64,000 nucleotides of DNA, taken from UHGV virus genome UHGV-0070660. One strand, 5' to 3'. Position 1 is the stretch's first letter, and each line of letters begins with the position of its first letter. The notes under the pieces were generated by a model. It did no database searches and was not told the origin of the DNA. It was given only the letters and a program-made list of their open reading frames with translations. Source of the stretch: a virus. Shown piece by piece: positions 1 through 10,386 of this stretch. Made by a program: the position numbers and the translations under genes.

Positions 1-38
1 GTGCTCAACAGGGGGATCTTTTCACCGCTGGTACCGAG

Positions 39-64
39 TTCTCTTAAACCAAGGTTTAGGATTG
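39..64. other. cix-like recombination crossover site for Cin (imperfect 12-bp inverted half-sites around central AA)
   Basis: TTCTCTTAAACC-AA-GGTTTAGGATTG resembles hix/gix/cix core AAACCnnGGTTT; overlaps cin 3' end. Confidence 0.55.
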
Positions 65-616
65 AAATGATGACGCCGGAAACTTCTTATAAAGCGTGGA
101 AACAGCCACATCATAGATGATTGCAACCTGCTTACGGGGGATGCCCTTCTCGAGCAATCGCCGCATTTGCTGCCATGTTTCTTCTTGGTATTTAGGCCGA
201 CGTCCACCTATACGACCTTCTGCGCGAGCTGCATCAAGTCCAGCGCGTGTACGTTCAACGATAAGCTCACGTTCCATTTCTGCCAGCGCCCCCATTACGT
301 GAAAGAAAAAGCGCCCCATTGGTGTACTGGTGTCGATGGAGTCAGTGAGACTCCGGAAGTTAATGCCTCTGTCACGCAGCTCTTCCACCAGCACAACTAA
401 GTGACGCATGCTGCGCCCAAGACGATCTAACTTCCATACGACTAGGGTGTCACCTCTGGAAAGCATACGGAGAACCTTTTTTAACCCAGGGCGTTCAGCC
501 TTTTTGCCGCTCGCCTTGTCCTCAAAAATTAGCTCACATCCTGCGCTTTCAAGAGCGTTTCGTTGTAAAGCAGTGTTTTGTTCATTTGTTGATACGCGTA
601 CATAGCCTATTAGCAT
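56..616 (-). CDS. cin: Cin DNA invertase (serine recombinase)
   Basis: 186 aa, MLIGYVRVST N-terminus with catalytic Ser, Gin/Hin/Cin family; adjacent cix-like site. Confidence 0.9.
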   Translation of the reverse strand: MLIGYVRVSTNEQNTALQRNALESAGCELIFEDKASGKKAERPGLKKVLRMLSRGDTLVVWKLDRLGRSMRHLVVLVEELRDRGINFRSLTDSIDTSTPMGRFFFHVMGALAEMERELIVERTRAGLDAARAEGRIGGRRPKYQEETWQQMRRLLEKGIPRKQVAIIYDVAVSTLYKKFPASSFQS

Positions 617-743
617 ATTTTCTGCTCACTATCGTTATTTATAGCAAGCTGCGGATTTTAATTAACAAAAACCAGTATGTGTGGAAATCACAAAGTACAT
701 ACCGTTTCCCAATGATATTTAATTCACTATTAAGGAAATAGTT

Positions 744-1025
744 ATGTGTGATTTCACAATAATGCTCCTCTCCATCCTTGGCGGGGTGCATTCGTTTCTG
801 AATGGGGTTCGTGAAAAACGTTACGAAGCGTCATGCAGGCAATTGATGGCCGAGTGTATTGCTGCCGTACTTGCAGGCTTTATAGGCATGTATTTCGCGG
901 AATATAAGGGTATGGATGAAAGTCTTCAGAATTGCGTGACTATTATTTGCAGCATCAATAACAGGCTCATTCTTGAAAAGTTACAAAGGATTATCGATTC
1001 GCACCTCAATAGAAATGCCTCTTAA
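744..1025 (+). CDS. small hydrophobic protein, possible lysis accessory (lydC-like by position)
   Basis: 93 aa, two hydrophobic stretches, AAGGA RBS before ATG, upstream of holin gene. Confidence 0.4.
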   Translation: MCDFTIMLLSILGGVHSFLNGVREKRYEASCRQLMAECIAAVLAGFIGMYFAEYKGMDESLQNCVTIICSINNRLILEKLQRIIDSHLNRNAS

Positions 1026-1092
1026 GCAACAAATGACCGGTTGAGAAGTTACTTTGCATACCATTACCTCCTGACAACGTAGGAGGGAACTT

Positions 1093-1422
1093 GTGCTTGA
1101 CACACAGGAATTAGCTCCAGTTGCTATTGCGCTCCTGCTTTCAGTAATTGGTGGGATAGGCACGTTCCTGATGGATGTCCGAGACGGTCGCCAGTCTGGC
1201 AATTTGTTGGGATTGGTTACGGAGATCTTTGTTGCAGTGACAGCTGGCGCGGTGGCGTACCTATTGGGGCAACACGAGGGCTGGGAGTTATCAATTACGT
1301 ACTTAATGGTAACGATAGCCAGCAATAACGGTCATGAGGTGATTTCAGGGATGAAACGAGTGAATATCGATAGCATTCTGAATGTTCTTACAAGTTTGGT
1401 GAAAAAGGGAGGCGGGAAATGA
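1093..1422 (+). CDS. lydA: holin LydA
   Basis: 109 aa with two TM segments, GTG start after AGGAGGG RBS; position upstream of lydB/darA operon as in P1. Confidence 0.6.
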   Translation: MLDTQELAPVAIALLLSVIGGIGTFLMDVRDGRQSGNLLGLVTEIFVAVTAGAVAYLLGQHEGWELSITYLMVTIASNNGHEVISGMKRVNIDSILNVLTSLVKKGGGK

Positions 1423-1862
1423 TTGGCTGGGGTGTATGCGTTCTTGCGTTAGCCTTAGCCGATCGCTATTTGCTAAAACGCAAGGACATCACGCATTTAG
1501 AACTTGGTGATGTGGAAATTAAACCGGGTTTCATCCGGGTGCCGTTCAAATACCGGTCTAAATTCCCGTTTTTGCGCGGCGCAACGGTCAGATATTGGAT
1601 CCGCGATGTTCAGAAGCCGACGACAGTGATTGAAGGCGAACAACGTTGTCTGACGTCGGCTGAACAGGGCGAAAACAGTGAATGGTTGTACATACCCACT
1701 GAATATATGGGTAAAGGAGAGCGACTGTGGCATTTCAACGTCATGGTTACGCATGGCGACTCGTTCATTAACCCGTTGTATCGGATTTTCCCTGTTACTC
1801 AGCAAATCCGCAGAAGTTACGTAATAAATCTCGCACAGGATGTGTCAGATGACGAAAAATAA
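1419..1862 (+). CDS. lydB: antiholin LydB
   Basis: 147 aa, 4-nt overlap with lydA; P1 gene order. Confidence 0.55.
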   Translation: MIGWGVCVLALALADRYLLKRKDITHLELGDVEIKPGFIRVPFKYRSKFPFLRGATVRYWIRDVQKPTTVIEGEQRCLTSAEQGENSEWLYIPTEYMGKGERLWHFNVMVTHGDSFINPLYRIFPVTQQIRRSYVINLAQDVSDDEK

Positions 1863-2451
1863 GTATGCAACGGTCGATTTTGACCAGGTTAATGAAAAGG
1901 GGCTGAAATCCCTTATCGCGGCGATCAATAAAACCGGGGTTACGGTAATTGAGGTTGACTCCAGCAACCGCGCAACAACGAAAGATGGCGTTAAAGTTAA
2001 AACCGCAAAGCTGGTTCTTAACGACGGACAAATTCTTGCCATACAGGTAAACGATACTGGCGATATATCGTCTGTGAAACTGAATGGAAAAGCTATTCCT
2101 AACGCTCAGTCGCCGGATATCAAGACGCTTGGTACCGTCATGGGACAGGCGGCTCGCAAAAACTCCGCAAAATTCCAGAAATCACTGATCGCCAAAGCGA
2201 AGCGTGTTGCCAATCCGGTAGACAAGAAACCGGCAGTTAAATCCAACTTTCAGCGCCTGCAAGAAGCAAAACAGCGGAATGCTCAGGTGGTTGCCGCTTA
2301 TAAATCAGCTCAGAACTCGGTGTCTTTCAATCAACAGCAGATCACTGATTTGCGGGCGAAGCTGGATAAGGAGACAGGCCGACTCAATAACGAAAAGGCC
2401 CGAAATGGCGAACTCAAACGCCGTCTTAAGCAACTGAAAGCAGGAAATTAA
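1849..2451 (+). CDS. hdf: Hdf, first gene of darA antirestriction operon
   Basis: about 200 aa (track ORF 203 aa from 1840; ATG at 1849 has better spacing to AGGA); size and position match P1 hdf. Confidence 0.55.
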   Translation: MTKNKYATVDFDQVNEKGLKSLIAAINKTGVTVIEVDSSNRATTKDGVKVKTAKLVLNDGQILAIQVNDTGDISSVKLNGKAIPNAQSPDIKTLGTVMGQAARKNSAKFQKSLIAKAKRVANPVDKKPAVKSNFQRLQEAKQRNAQVVAAYKSAQNSVSFNQQQITDLRAKLDKETGRLNNEKARNGELKRRLKQLKAGN

Positions 2452-2452
2452 C

Positions 2453-4372
2453 ATGGAACAGTTCAATATCAATAAAGGGGTGACGATCAAGCCTGGGCTT
2501 GACGTGCTTCCCCCGCCAGTGACTGATGATGAATATCGCGCATTAATGGCCGGTGAGGACCGCTATCTGATGACGGAATCCAACACCCTGGAGGAAATCG
2601 AGGCTACGTTCTTCTATGACACGCCGATCCACTGGTGTGCTACGGATTTACTGGAGGCGATTAGTTCTACTCGTTTGCAGTTACACCGGACCATGCAGGC
2701 ATTTGTCCGGGCATTGAACCAGAAGCTGAATGGTACCGGAATCTCTGCGGGGAGTGATAAAACGGGGGATGTGGCCCAGAGCGGCGCGCGCGCGATCGGC
2801 GGCGCTGAAATTGGCCGGGCACGTAACGTTAACGGGCTGCCGGTCCTGCCAGCCATTATTCCGCTCAGTGATGGTCAGACTATCAGCATTCTGTTTCATA
2901 GCCCGACAGCGGAAAACCGGATCACCAATAGCGATACGCTGGTTGCTTTCCAGTTCTTACTGAATAAAAAAGACGTTACTCACACCGTTGCTCCGATGAG
3001 TGGACGTGATATGACGCTGGCGCAGGTCACCATGAAACTTGCCAACCTTGCAGAGAAAAACTCGGCAAAATTCCAGCGTGCGCAGAAGAAGAAAAAAGCC
3101 CTTGTTGATGAAATAACCCAACTACAGGCTGACAGTGACCAGAAAGAGGATGCCATGAGCGACCTCGCGGATCAGGTGGCAGCGGTAGAAGGGCAGAAGG
3201 TAGATCTGGAGCAGAAAATTAACGCTGTTGCATCGGAAGCGGATTCTCTTTATGAAGAGAATGAGCGTTTGCAGACGGAGATTGATCAGCTCAATCGCAC
3301 AGGTGGGCGCGATACCATTGATCCAGCGGGGATGACTGGTGGGCACTCGCGCGCGCTGACGGATCGCCTTGCCAGTATCAAAAATCGTATGCATATGAAC
3401 GGGGAAGTGACGCTCAGTAATGGAGCATCAATGAAGCAATTCATTGGGGGCGGCGAAGGGTATATCCAGTTAACCGATCCGGATGGCAGCGTATACATGA
3501 TCAAGGCTAAATCCATACAGGGTGTGGACATGGCAGATGCGATCGGCAAGCTGTTTAAAGCCTATAAAGCGGGTAATGTATCGGAATACCTGGTCCAACC
3601 AGAAGAACATAAACCGGAAAACGTCGAACCTGAACCAGCGGAGGATACCGGTAGCTCTTCGCCTGAACCAGAAGTCTCTGTAGGTGCATATCGATATGCC
3701 CTGCAAATGCGTCCGGCGGCCCCTGGCGCAATACCTGAAGGTAACAAAGCAATTCTGCCGCGCCCTGATGAAGGTGACCCGTATTATGAATATGCACGCT
3801 ACGGCATTGCTACTTACGATACCCCGCTTTCTGATCAGCAAATGAGTGAGTACGACCTGAAGTTATTGCCTCGCGAGGATTCTTTCGACTTCCTGGCGAA
3901 GACACTTACTAATGGTCCGTTTGGCAAATATGCACAAAAAGCTCTGGAGCTGGCCACCAGCTCACCAGACGAGTTCCGCGTAATGCTGAAAACTCAGTTT
4001 CAAAAAACTTTCCCCAATATTGCGTTTCCTGGGGGCGCTGGCACCGAGAAAATGGTGCAGAGCATGATCAATGCATTGCAGGCCGAAGTCGGTGAGATTA
4101 CTCAGCCAGAACCGGCCCCGGCACAGCCTGATGAAACGGTTAGCGAAGCAGATGCAGAGGCTAATAAAGCCATTGAATATCTCAATAACGTGATGGATAT
4201 ACAAAGCACTGACATGGCGGAGATCCGTAACGCCCGGGGCAATGTCCGGGAAGCGATTGCAGCCCTTCAGGCTGCCGGACGTTTTGAGGAAAACGAAGAG
4301 CTGGTTAACGGCGCAGCTCGCCACCTGGCTGATCTGTTGGTAGCAATCCAGAAAGCGGGGGTAGCGGCATGA
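2453..4372 (+). CDS. darA: DarA defence-against-restriction internal head protein
   Basis: 639 aa, immediately follows hdf, 4-nt overlap with next gene; size and order match P1 darA. Confidence 0.75.
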   Translation: MEQFNINKGVTIKPGLDVLPPPVTDDEYRALMAGEDRYLMTESNTLEEIEATFFYDTPIHWCATDLLEAISSTRLQLHRTMQAFVRALNQKLNGTGISAGSDKTGDVAQSGARAIGGAEIGRARNVNGLPVLPAIIPLSDGQTISILFHSPTAENRITNSDTLVAFQFLLNKKDVTHTVAPMSGRDMTLAQVTMKLANLAEKNSAKFQRAQKKKKALVDEITQLQADSDQKEDAMSDLADQVAAVEGQKVDLEQKINAVASEADSLYEENERLQTEIDQLNRTGGRDTIDPAGMTGGHSRALTDRLASIKNRMHMNGEVTLSNGASMKQFIGGGEGYIQLTDPDGSVYMIKAKSIQGVDMADAIGKLFKAYKAGNVSEYLVQPEEHKPENVEPEPAEDTGSSSPEPEVSVGAYRYALQMRPAAPGAIPEGNKAILPRPDEGDPYYEYARYGIATYDTPLSDQQMSEYDLKLLPREDSFDFLAKTLTNGPFGKYAQKALELATSSPDEFRVMLKTQFQKTFPNIAFPGGAGTEKMVQSMINALQAEVGEITQPEPAPAQPDETVSEADAEANKAIEYLNNVMDIQSTDMAEIRNARGNVREAIAALQAAGRFEENEELVNGAARHLADLLVAIQKAGVAA

Positions 4373-4734
4373 CACTATCAGCTATTGAGTTAATGGATCT
4401 CAGCGATAAGTTGGATGCTCTGATGTCCAAAGCGGCTACCGCGAGTGGCATGGAGTTGCTGGATATCAGCGATGAAATTGACCAGATCATGCAACAGATG
4501 GGGTACGGTGTGTCCGGCGGCAGTAGTGGCGAGGAAAAACAACCTTCGGTACATGATGGTGTGCCAAAACTGGTTGCTGATTTCCTGGCTGATAAATTCG
4601 TCGATCAGAGCACCGATGCATTTATCGGTACGTTGCAGGACTTGAGTCAATATGTTGGCACATACATCGATCTGGACCAGGTTAAACAGCACACGGCGGC
4701 ATGGATAGCCGCCAACATTAAAGAGGCAGAGTAA
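4369..4734 (+). CDS. ddrA: DdrA
   Basis: 121 aa, translationally coupled to darA; P1 operon order. Confidence 0.65.
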   Translation: MTLSAIELMDLSDKLDALMSKAATASGMELLDISDEIDQIMQQMGYGVSGGSSGEEKQPSVHDGVPKLVADFLADKFVDQSTDAFIGTLQDLSQYVGTYIDLDQVKQHTAAWIAANIKEAE

Positions 4735-4746
4735 GGCGTAACAGGG

Positions 4747-7734
4747 ATGAGCTTAAGCGATCAGGTGGTAATGGCCACCAGCATAGAAACGCTGATCGAG
4801 CTGCTAAAAAACCTGCCCAATTACGGGCGGGTTTCGTATGTGGTGACAGCGAAGGGAGACGAGGTAAAAACAGCGTTTGATATCGTCGATGCCTCAGCTC
4901 TTTTGGTATCCAATACTCTGGACGGGAAAATTAACCCTGACTATCCCCAGGAACTTCAGCCGCGCGACCGGACCCGCGCATCCAGTCTTCTTCAGGTCAA
5001 CCAGATATCCAAGGATTTGCGTCCTGCCCAGCTTACCGATTCCGGTTTATCCAGCCATGGCGCGCCGATAATTGGTGAGGACAATGCCGTTGAGTCAGGT
5101 AATGGACGGACCATGGGGATCATCAAAGCCTATCAGGACGGCAATGCGGATCGGTATCGTGAGTACCTGATTGATCATGCGACCGAATTCGGCATACGAC
5201 CTGAAAAGGTTGAATCAATGGCGGCTCCGGTACTGGTGCGCCGCCGGTTAACTAAGGTTGACCGCGTTCAGTTTGCCAAGGACTCAAATATTTCTGATCT
5301 TCAGGAAATGGCAGCCAGTGAAAAGGCTTTTGTTGATGCTGACAGCATAACTCCGGCGATGATGGCGCTGTTTAACCCATCAGAAAGCGGAGATCTGCTT
5401 AGCCGCAGTAATGACGCGTTTATTCGCGGATTCATGACGCAAGTTGGTGCCACACAGGCTGCTGGCCTTGTAACGGAAGATGGGCGACCAACACGGCAAC
5501 TTGTAGACCGTATACAAAACGCGATCTTTGCCAAGGCATATAAGGATGCGCGCCTGGTAAGGATGGTTGCAGAAGAACCTGATCCGGATATGCGTAATGT
5601 TCTGACGGCGCTTAATGCGGCAGCCAATGATTTTGTCCAGATGCAGGCTTTATCAGGAGAAGCGCACAAGCAGGCTGTGACAACTATTGTTGATGGTATT
5701 GAGACAGCGGATAGTCTCGATAAAAAGGCGCTGGCGGCATTGAAAGATGCGGTAGACCTGGTAAGGCAATCGAAGGAGTCAGGCCAACATATTATCGATG
5801 TTATTGCTCAGGGGGATATGTTCAGCGAAACAGCCCCGGAAGTGAAAGCGCTCGCGTTGTTCATCGTCGCGAATAACCGTAGCGCGAAGCGTATGGCCAC
5901 CGCCTTTAAATTGATGGCTCAACGTATCAATGATGAGTTACAGCACCAGGGCCAGGCGCTGGGGGATATGTTTGGCGGTGGTGATGTGTCGTTACAGGAT
6001 ATCCTTCGCCAGGTGTCTCAGGAACTGGAAAACGAAGGCATGCAAGGGATATCCGGCGGTCTTTTCGAGTCCGTTTCCGGCGGTAGTTACAACGGTGTTG
6101 CTCCGTATACCAGTTTGCTATTACATCGGGCATCCGGCATCAAAGACATTATTCATCTGATCAGGCTGCTTTCCCGCACAGATCCCCAGGATGAACAGCT
6201 TGTACAAGTGCTTGCGCATTTTGTTCGAATGCCTGTTGCCGACGTGAAAAAATGGTGCCGATTATTCGGTATCAGCAATTCGTTACTTCGCGGCTTGTTA
6301 AATCACGCATCCTCCCTTGGGCGCGATGGCTTTGACGAGATAGCGCAGGCGATAAAAAACGGAGATATGCCACCAGCTATTGACTGGTTTTCCATTCGCC
6401 CAACCAGGGTGAAAGCATTCCTTAGCGCGGCGCATTCGGCATCACCATTGGCAGAAATGGTTCAGAGGTTGTCGCTCATATTCACAGACCATACCGCGTT
6501 GGGTGATCTGACTCTGGACGAGATGAAAGAAGCCTCCATTCAGTGGGCCGATCAACAAAATGAGGTTAACTCTGACTTCTTGCCAGCATTCAGGAAGGCC
6601 GTTAGTAAAGCTGATGATGCCCGTGGAATTCTGAAGGCATTTAAGGCATTGCAAAGTCAGGTTAATAAACATGTCGGTGATATCGATGGGGTAACGGCGG
6701 AAGGCAGGGATATCCTTAAAGAGCACGGCATAACGCCAGAGTTTATTGATGAGATCAGGACGGATATGCAGCGTGAGGTCGTATCGTCCCTGCAAATCGT
6801 AGCCAGAGCGTTGGCGGATGCTAATCCGAAGAGTGCGGCCATTGTTAACCGTGTTATTGGTGATATTGAAGCATCGGAGGGCATGGGGGCGCTGAAACTC
6901 TTCCTTTCGCGAGCGTTTAATCCTAACGGCAATATTCTCCCTGGCATTATTGGTGAGGCTAAAAAGCATGTCAGTGAAGAAGAACTTGAGCAGCTTGACC
7001 AACTACTTAAGCGATTCTCATATAACCCGCAGACACGCTGGCAAATGAATCAGCGAAGTATGGGTTCGGTCCACGAGAAAGTGTTATCTGCCATGAACAG
7101 TGCGATCGCAAACTCATCCGTATCTGAAGAAAAAGCTCTTGAGTGGGCCGACTCTTTTATCACGGAAGAAGTGGAAGAAGCTCGCGCTGGACAGAATGGT
7201 GGGATAGACCTGCGCAAGGAACTTGCTGATATTTATCGCCTGACCGGCGGGAAAATATCGACCTTATCAAAGGTAGTTCACCACCAGGGAAGGGCATATG
7301 CAAATCTAAATGGTGTTGTTGCTGTCAATTTGAACGATGAAAATGCAAGTGCACTGTGGCACGAGCTGGGTCATCATCTTGAGTACAGTAACCCTGGTTT
7401 GTTAGAGAAAGCCCGGTCATTCCTGAAGGCCAATGTTGAAGGGGATAAGCCATCTTTCGTCAATATCGGTGGGCGTGGCAAGCCTGAATGGTGCTTCAGA
7501 TCTCGATTGAGTAATATTTATATGGCGAAGGTATACCCGCCAGCCTCAGTAAGTAACACCGGGAAAATTCGGCAGAAATCACCGACTATTTCCAAAACGT
7601 CAGCAACGGAAGTATTCTCTATGGCTCTTCAGTTGTATCATGACAAAGAGGCCGCTGCCGCATCACTGATGAATGGTGACGGATTGCTGGAACTGTTATT
7701 AGGTGTGGCAAAGGAGCTAAATAATGCAGATTAA
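4747..7734 (+). CDS. ddrB: DdrB large antirestriction/head protein
   Basis: 995 aa; size and order match P1 ddrB. Confidence 0.7.
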   Translation: MSLSDQVVMATSIETLIELLKNLPNYGRVSYVVTAKGDEVKTAFDIVDASALLVSNTLDGKINPDYPQELQPRDRTRASSLLQVNQISKDLRPAQLTDSGLSSHGAPIIGEDNAVESGNGRTMGIIKAYQDGNADRYREYLIDHATEFGIRPEKVESMAAPVLVRRRLTKVDRVQFAKDSNISDLQEMAASEKAFVDADSITPAMMALFNPSESGDLLSRSNDAFIRGFMTQVGATQAAGLVTEDGRPTRQLVDRIQNAIFAKAYKDARLVRMVAEEPDPDMRNVLTALNAAANDFVQMQALSGEAHKQAVTTIVDGIETADSLDKKALAALKDAVDLVRQSKESGQHIIDVIAQGDMFSETAPEVKALALFIVANNRSAKRMATAFKLMAQRINDELQHQGQALGDMFGGGDVSLQDILRQVSQELENEGMQGISGGLFESVSGGSYNGVAPYTSLLLHRASGIKDIIHLIRLLSRTDPQDEQLVQVLAHFVRMPVADVKKWCRLFGISNSLLRGLLNHASSLGRDGFDEIAQAIKNGDMPPAIDWFSIRPTRVKAFLSAAHSASPLAEMVQRLSLIFTDHTALGDLTLDEMKEASIQWADQQNEVNSDFLPAFRKAVSKADDARGILKAFKALQSQVNKHVGDIDGVTAEGRDILKEHGITPEFIDEIRTDMQREVVSSLQIVARALADANPKSAAIVNRVIGDIEASEGMGALKLFLSRAFNPNGNILPGIIGEAKKHVSEEELEQLDQLLKRFSYNPQTRWQMNQRSMGSVHEKVLSAMNSAIANSSVSEEKALEWADSFITEEVEEARAGQNGGIDLRKELADIYRLTGGKISTLSKVVHHQGRAYANLNGVVAVNLNDENASALWHELGHHLEYSNPGLLEKARSFLKANVEGDKPSFVNIGGRGKPEWCFRSRLSNIYMAKVYPPASVSNTGKIRQKSPTISKTSATEVFSMALQLYHDKEAAAASLMNGDGLLELLLGVAKELNNAD

Positions 7735-8035
7735 AATCGCAGCGCCATTAGGTGGAGATGCCATTATCGAATTTGATGATAATGAAGAAGTTTCCGGGCG
7801 TTTAAGCATTATCTCCGGTGACATTACCGAGGACATGATCGCTGAAGCCATAGCTGGGGCAAATCCCAATAGCTATATGGGATTCGTTAACACCCTTGAT
7901 GCTCCCGCAAGTGATGTTCTCCGAACGCTGCATCTTTACGCTGGCTGGTTTGTTGATTGGCCAGCAGTAGATGGTGGCGATGAGGACGACGACGACGATG
8001 ATTTTGGTGATCATGTAGACCAGATCGTATATTGA
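7724..8035 (+). CDS. highly acidic small protein with poly-Asp tract (DNA-mimic-like)
   Basis: 103 aa, about 24 D/E versus 3 K/R, run GDEDDDDDDFGD; overlaps ddrB stop by 11 nt. Confidence 0.5.
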   Translation: MQIKIAAPLGGDAIIEFDDNEEVSGRLSIISGDITEDMIAEAIAGANPNSYMGFVNTLDAPASDVLRTLHLYAGWFVDWPAVDGGDEDDDDDDFGDHVDQIVY

Positions 8036-8037
8036 AG

Positions 8038-8067
8038 AAATCCCGCCAGTCGGCGGGATTTTTTTTA
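8038..8067. terminator. rho-independent terminator (bidirectional)
   Basis: AAATCCCGCC-AGTC-GGCGGGATTT stem-loop followed by T8. Confidence 0.8.
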
Positions 8068-8847
8068 ATCGCTTTCCACTTCTTCCGTGGTGTTTTCTTG
8101 CAGTTCTGTTAATGCAGCACGACATAGGTTCCGGGCATTGGCTATAGCCACACTTTTGACTTCATCCGTCATCGTGCAGGTAATGTACTGATCGAGTTCT
8201 TCAGCGCGGATGATGCTTTTGCCAATCAGAAACTGTATTTGCCAGAGCAGATCGGCATCCATAATCAGAATTTCTGCCGGGCCTTCAGGGCCAGCCGGGA
8301 AGGAAACATAAGACTGTTTGCCCAGCCCGACAACTCGACAACTTGCTTCAAGAATTGCGCGCTTGAGGTCTGACTTTATAACGGAAACAGGTTGATTTTC
8401 ACCAGTGATTACGCCGTTGACATGGAAAGGCATGTAGCTTGAAATACGCTCTACTTTCCACACGCCAGCAAGCGATCCTTCATGCAGCACAATGGGGGTA
8501 ACCGCGAGTTTCATCTCACCATATAACTGCTGGCAGATAGCTGGATTGCTGAATACATCTAAAGGCTCACATTCAAACAGCGGCGCAATCTGCATGAGGT
8601 CCATCATGGTCATCCCTGGGGTACGAGCAGTAATGAATTTGCGCATACCAGTATCCATTGCGCTCCAGATTGCTACACCATGCTTTTTGCTCACTTCTTC
8701 AGTAAAGCCAAGGTGGCACATGATGGTTTTTTCGATAGCCAGATCAGAGATAGAAACTTTTTCGCCAGGTACTCCATCATTATTGATGGTCACTTCGACA
8801 CTCTGACCATTACGCAGGCGGTATTGAATTGCTTTAGTATTTTCCAC
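8065..8847 (-). CDS. hypothetical protein
   Basis: 260-aa ORF, no recognised motif. Confidence 0.4.
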   Translation of the reverse strand: MENTKAIQYRLRNGQSVEVTINNDGVPGEKVSISDLAIEKTIMCHLGFTEEVSKKHGVAIWSAMDTGMRKFITARTPGMTMMDLMQIAPLFECEPLDVFSNPAICQQLYGEMKLAVTPIVLHEGSLAGVWKVERISSYMPFHVNGVITGENQPVSVIKSDLKRAILEASCRVVGLGKQSYVSFPAGPEGPAEILIMDADLLWQIQFLIGKSIIRAEELDQYITCTMTDEVKSVAIANARNLCRAALTELQENTTEEVESD

Positions 8848-8853
8848 GTTAAA

Positions 8854-9531
8854 TCACTCCACTACAAACCAGTCACATGCCAGTAAGTCGCCTACAGAAG
8901 GAACCCACGGAACAACTACACCTTGTGCATTTTTTAAGGCGAAATAAGCACCATACGGAACGAGGTCGCCGGGGAAATATCCCTTAATGGCTTCCATTCG
9001 TGCCGGGTACTGTCCTTCAGGAACCAGCCAGCAGAATTGGTTTTCGCCGTTCCACCCGCGTCGGGCAACTTTCTTGCCATCCTTCAGCCACATCAGCGCG
9101 TCAGAAAAGTCGGCTGCTTCAAGGTCGATTTCTTCTTGTAGAGTAGCGATACCGCCAGCAGAAATAGTTACGTCCCTGGCTGTAATGAATGTCACCCCAT
9201 TGTGACCTTCAATGCTGAGCGATACCCCATTTTCGAAGAAGTCGTTAGTCCGACTAAAGCCTTCTTCAAATGTTTTTTCTGGTGAATAGGACAGAGATCC
9301 GTCCTCATAAGCGACCAGATATCCGCCAATTTCTGGTCGGTGTTTTTGCAAAAATATTTTATCAACATGGACTTTTACCCCTTCTGGCTCAACGACTTCG
9401 ATGTTGCAAAAAAGGACCACATCCATTAGGGCGATAATTTCGATATCTTTGATTTTTGAGGCGCGAACTGTTTTATGGCTTTTGTATTTTGGAAGTGCCG
9501 TAAAAAGCTCTTTCGTTGTCATGTTATTCAT
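8854..9531 (-). CDS. hypothetical protein
   Basis: start chosen at ATG 9531 (MNNMTTKELF) preceded by AGAGGAAAG RBS; track ORF extends to 9699. Confidence 0.45.
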   Translation of the reverse strand: MNNMTTKELFTALPKYKSHKTVRASKIKDIEIIALMDVVLFCNIEVVEPEGVKVHVDKIFLQKHRPEIGGYLVAYEDGSLSYSPEKTFEEGFSRTNDFFENGVSLSIEGHNGVTFITARDVTISAGGIATLQEEIDLEAADFSDALMWLKDGKKVARRGWNGENQFCWLVPEGQYPARMEAIKGYFPGDLVPYGAYFALKNAQGVVVPWVPSVGDLLACDWFVVE

Positions 9532-9728
9532 AGTCTTTCCTCTGCTTAAAACCTGATGTATTGCGCCTTCAGGTGGGTCAGGAATGTTTTCCCACCAGCG
9601 AACGCAATATCTCGGGGTGTTCTTTTCGTGAAAAGCGCGTGCCATTGCCAACTTTGGCGTTTGTTTGCGAGTTCGTGCTTTTGTCGGCGTCTGGACCACC
9701 GCTTTTCTTTCAGTCGTTTTTTACACAT

Positions 9729-10217
9729 TCAAAACGGAATATCGTCGTCAAAGTCCATTGGAGGTTCGTTATTGGCGTTGCTCTGAGGTTTACCGCCACC
9801 ACTGTATTGCTGGTGGTTTTGAGGTTGGTTTGATTGCCCCCAGCCATTTGAGGACTGTGAATCGTCACGGCGAGCGCCGATCATTTGCATGGTGCCGCCC
9901 TGGCTGACGATAATTTCCGTCGTGTAACGTTCTACACCGGCGTCATCTGTCCACTTACGGGTTTTAAGTTTCCCTTCGATGTAGACCTGAGAACCTTTTC
10001 GTAAATACTCACTCGCAATTTCAGCAAGTTTTCCGAACAAAACGACTTTATGCCATTCTGTTTGCTCTTTCTGTTGGCCCGTTTGCTTGTCGCGCCATGA
10101 TTCATTCGTTGCGATGCTGAGTCTTCCGACCGCTCCGCCATTTGGTATATACCTGATCTCCGGGTCTTGCCCCAGGGTACCAATCAGGATGACTTTGTTT
10201 ACACCGCGTTGTGCCAC
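9729..10217 (-). CDS. ssb: single-stranded DNA-binding protein
   Basis: 162 aa, OB-fold SSB N-terminus, Gly/Gln-rich linker, C-terminal DFDDDIPF tail. Confidence 0.9.
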   Translation of the reverse strand: MAQRGVNKVILIGTLGQDPEIRYIPNGGAVGRLSIATNESWRDKQTGQQKEQTEWHKVVLFGKLAEIASEYLRKGSQVYIEGKLKTRKWTDDAGVERYTTEIIVSQGGTMQMIGARRDDSQSSNGWGQSNQPQNHQQYSGGGKPQSNANNEPPMDFDDDIPF

Positions 10218-10236
10218 TTATCTTACCTAATAAAAT

Positions 10237-10253
10237 AAATTAATTAGAGCAAT
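10237..10253 (-). promoter_or_regulatory. C1 repressor operator-like site
   Basis: 16/17 match to ATTGCTCTAATAAATTT on minus strand. Confidence 0.6.
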
Positions 10254-10275
10254 AATGTATATCTTTGAAACGTAG

Positions 10276-10300
10276 CTAACAAGTGATTTGCATTATCCTG
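10276..10300 (+). promoter_or_regulatory. putative late promoter (AACAAGTGA box plus -10)
   Basis: TAACAAGTGATTTGCATTATCCT; box shared with three other sites upstream of late-type genes. Confidence 0.45.
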
Positions 10301-10386
10301 TGCCTTCTAAAGGGATCGAGTCAGTCGGTATTGGCTGTGAATGGGTGTTTGTCCTGGAGCGTAAAAAATTCGCTTATGAGGTCTTT

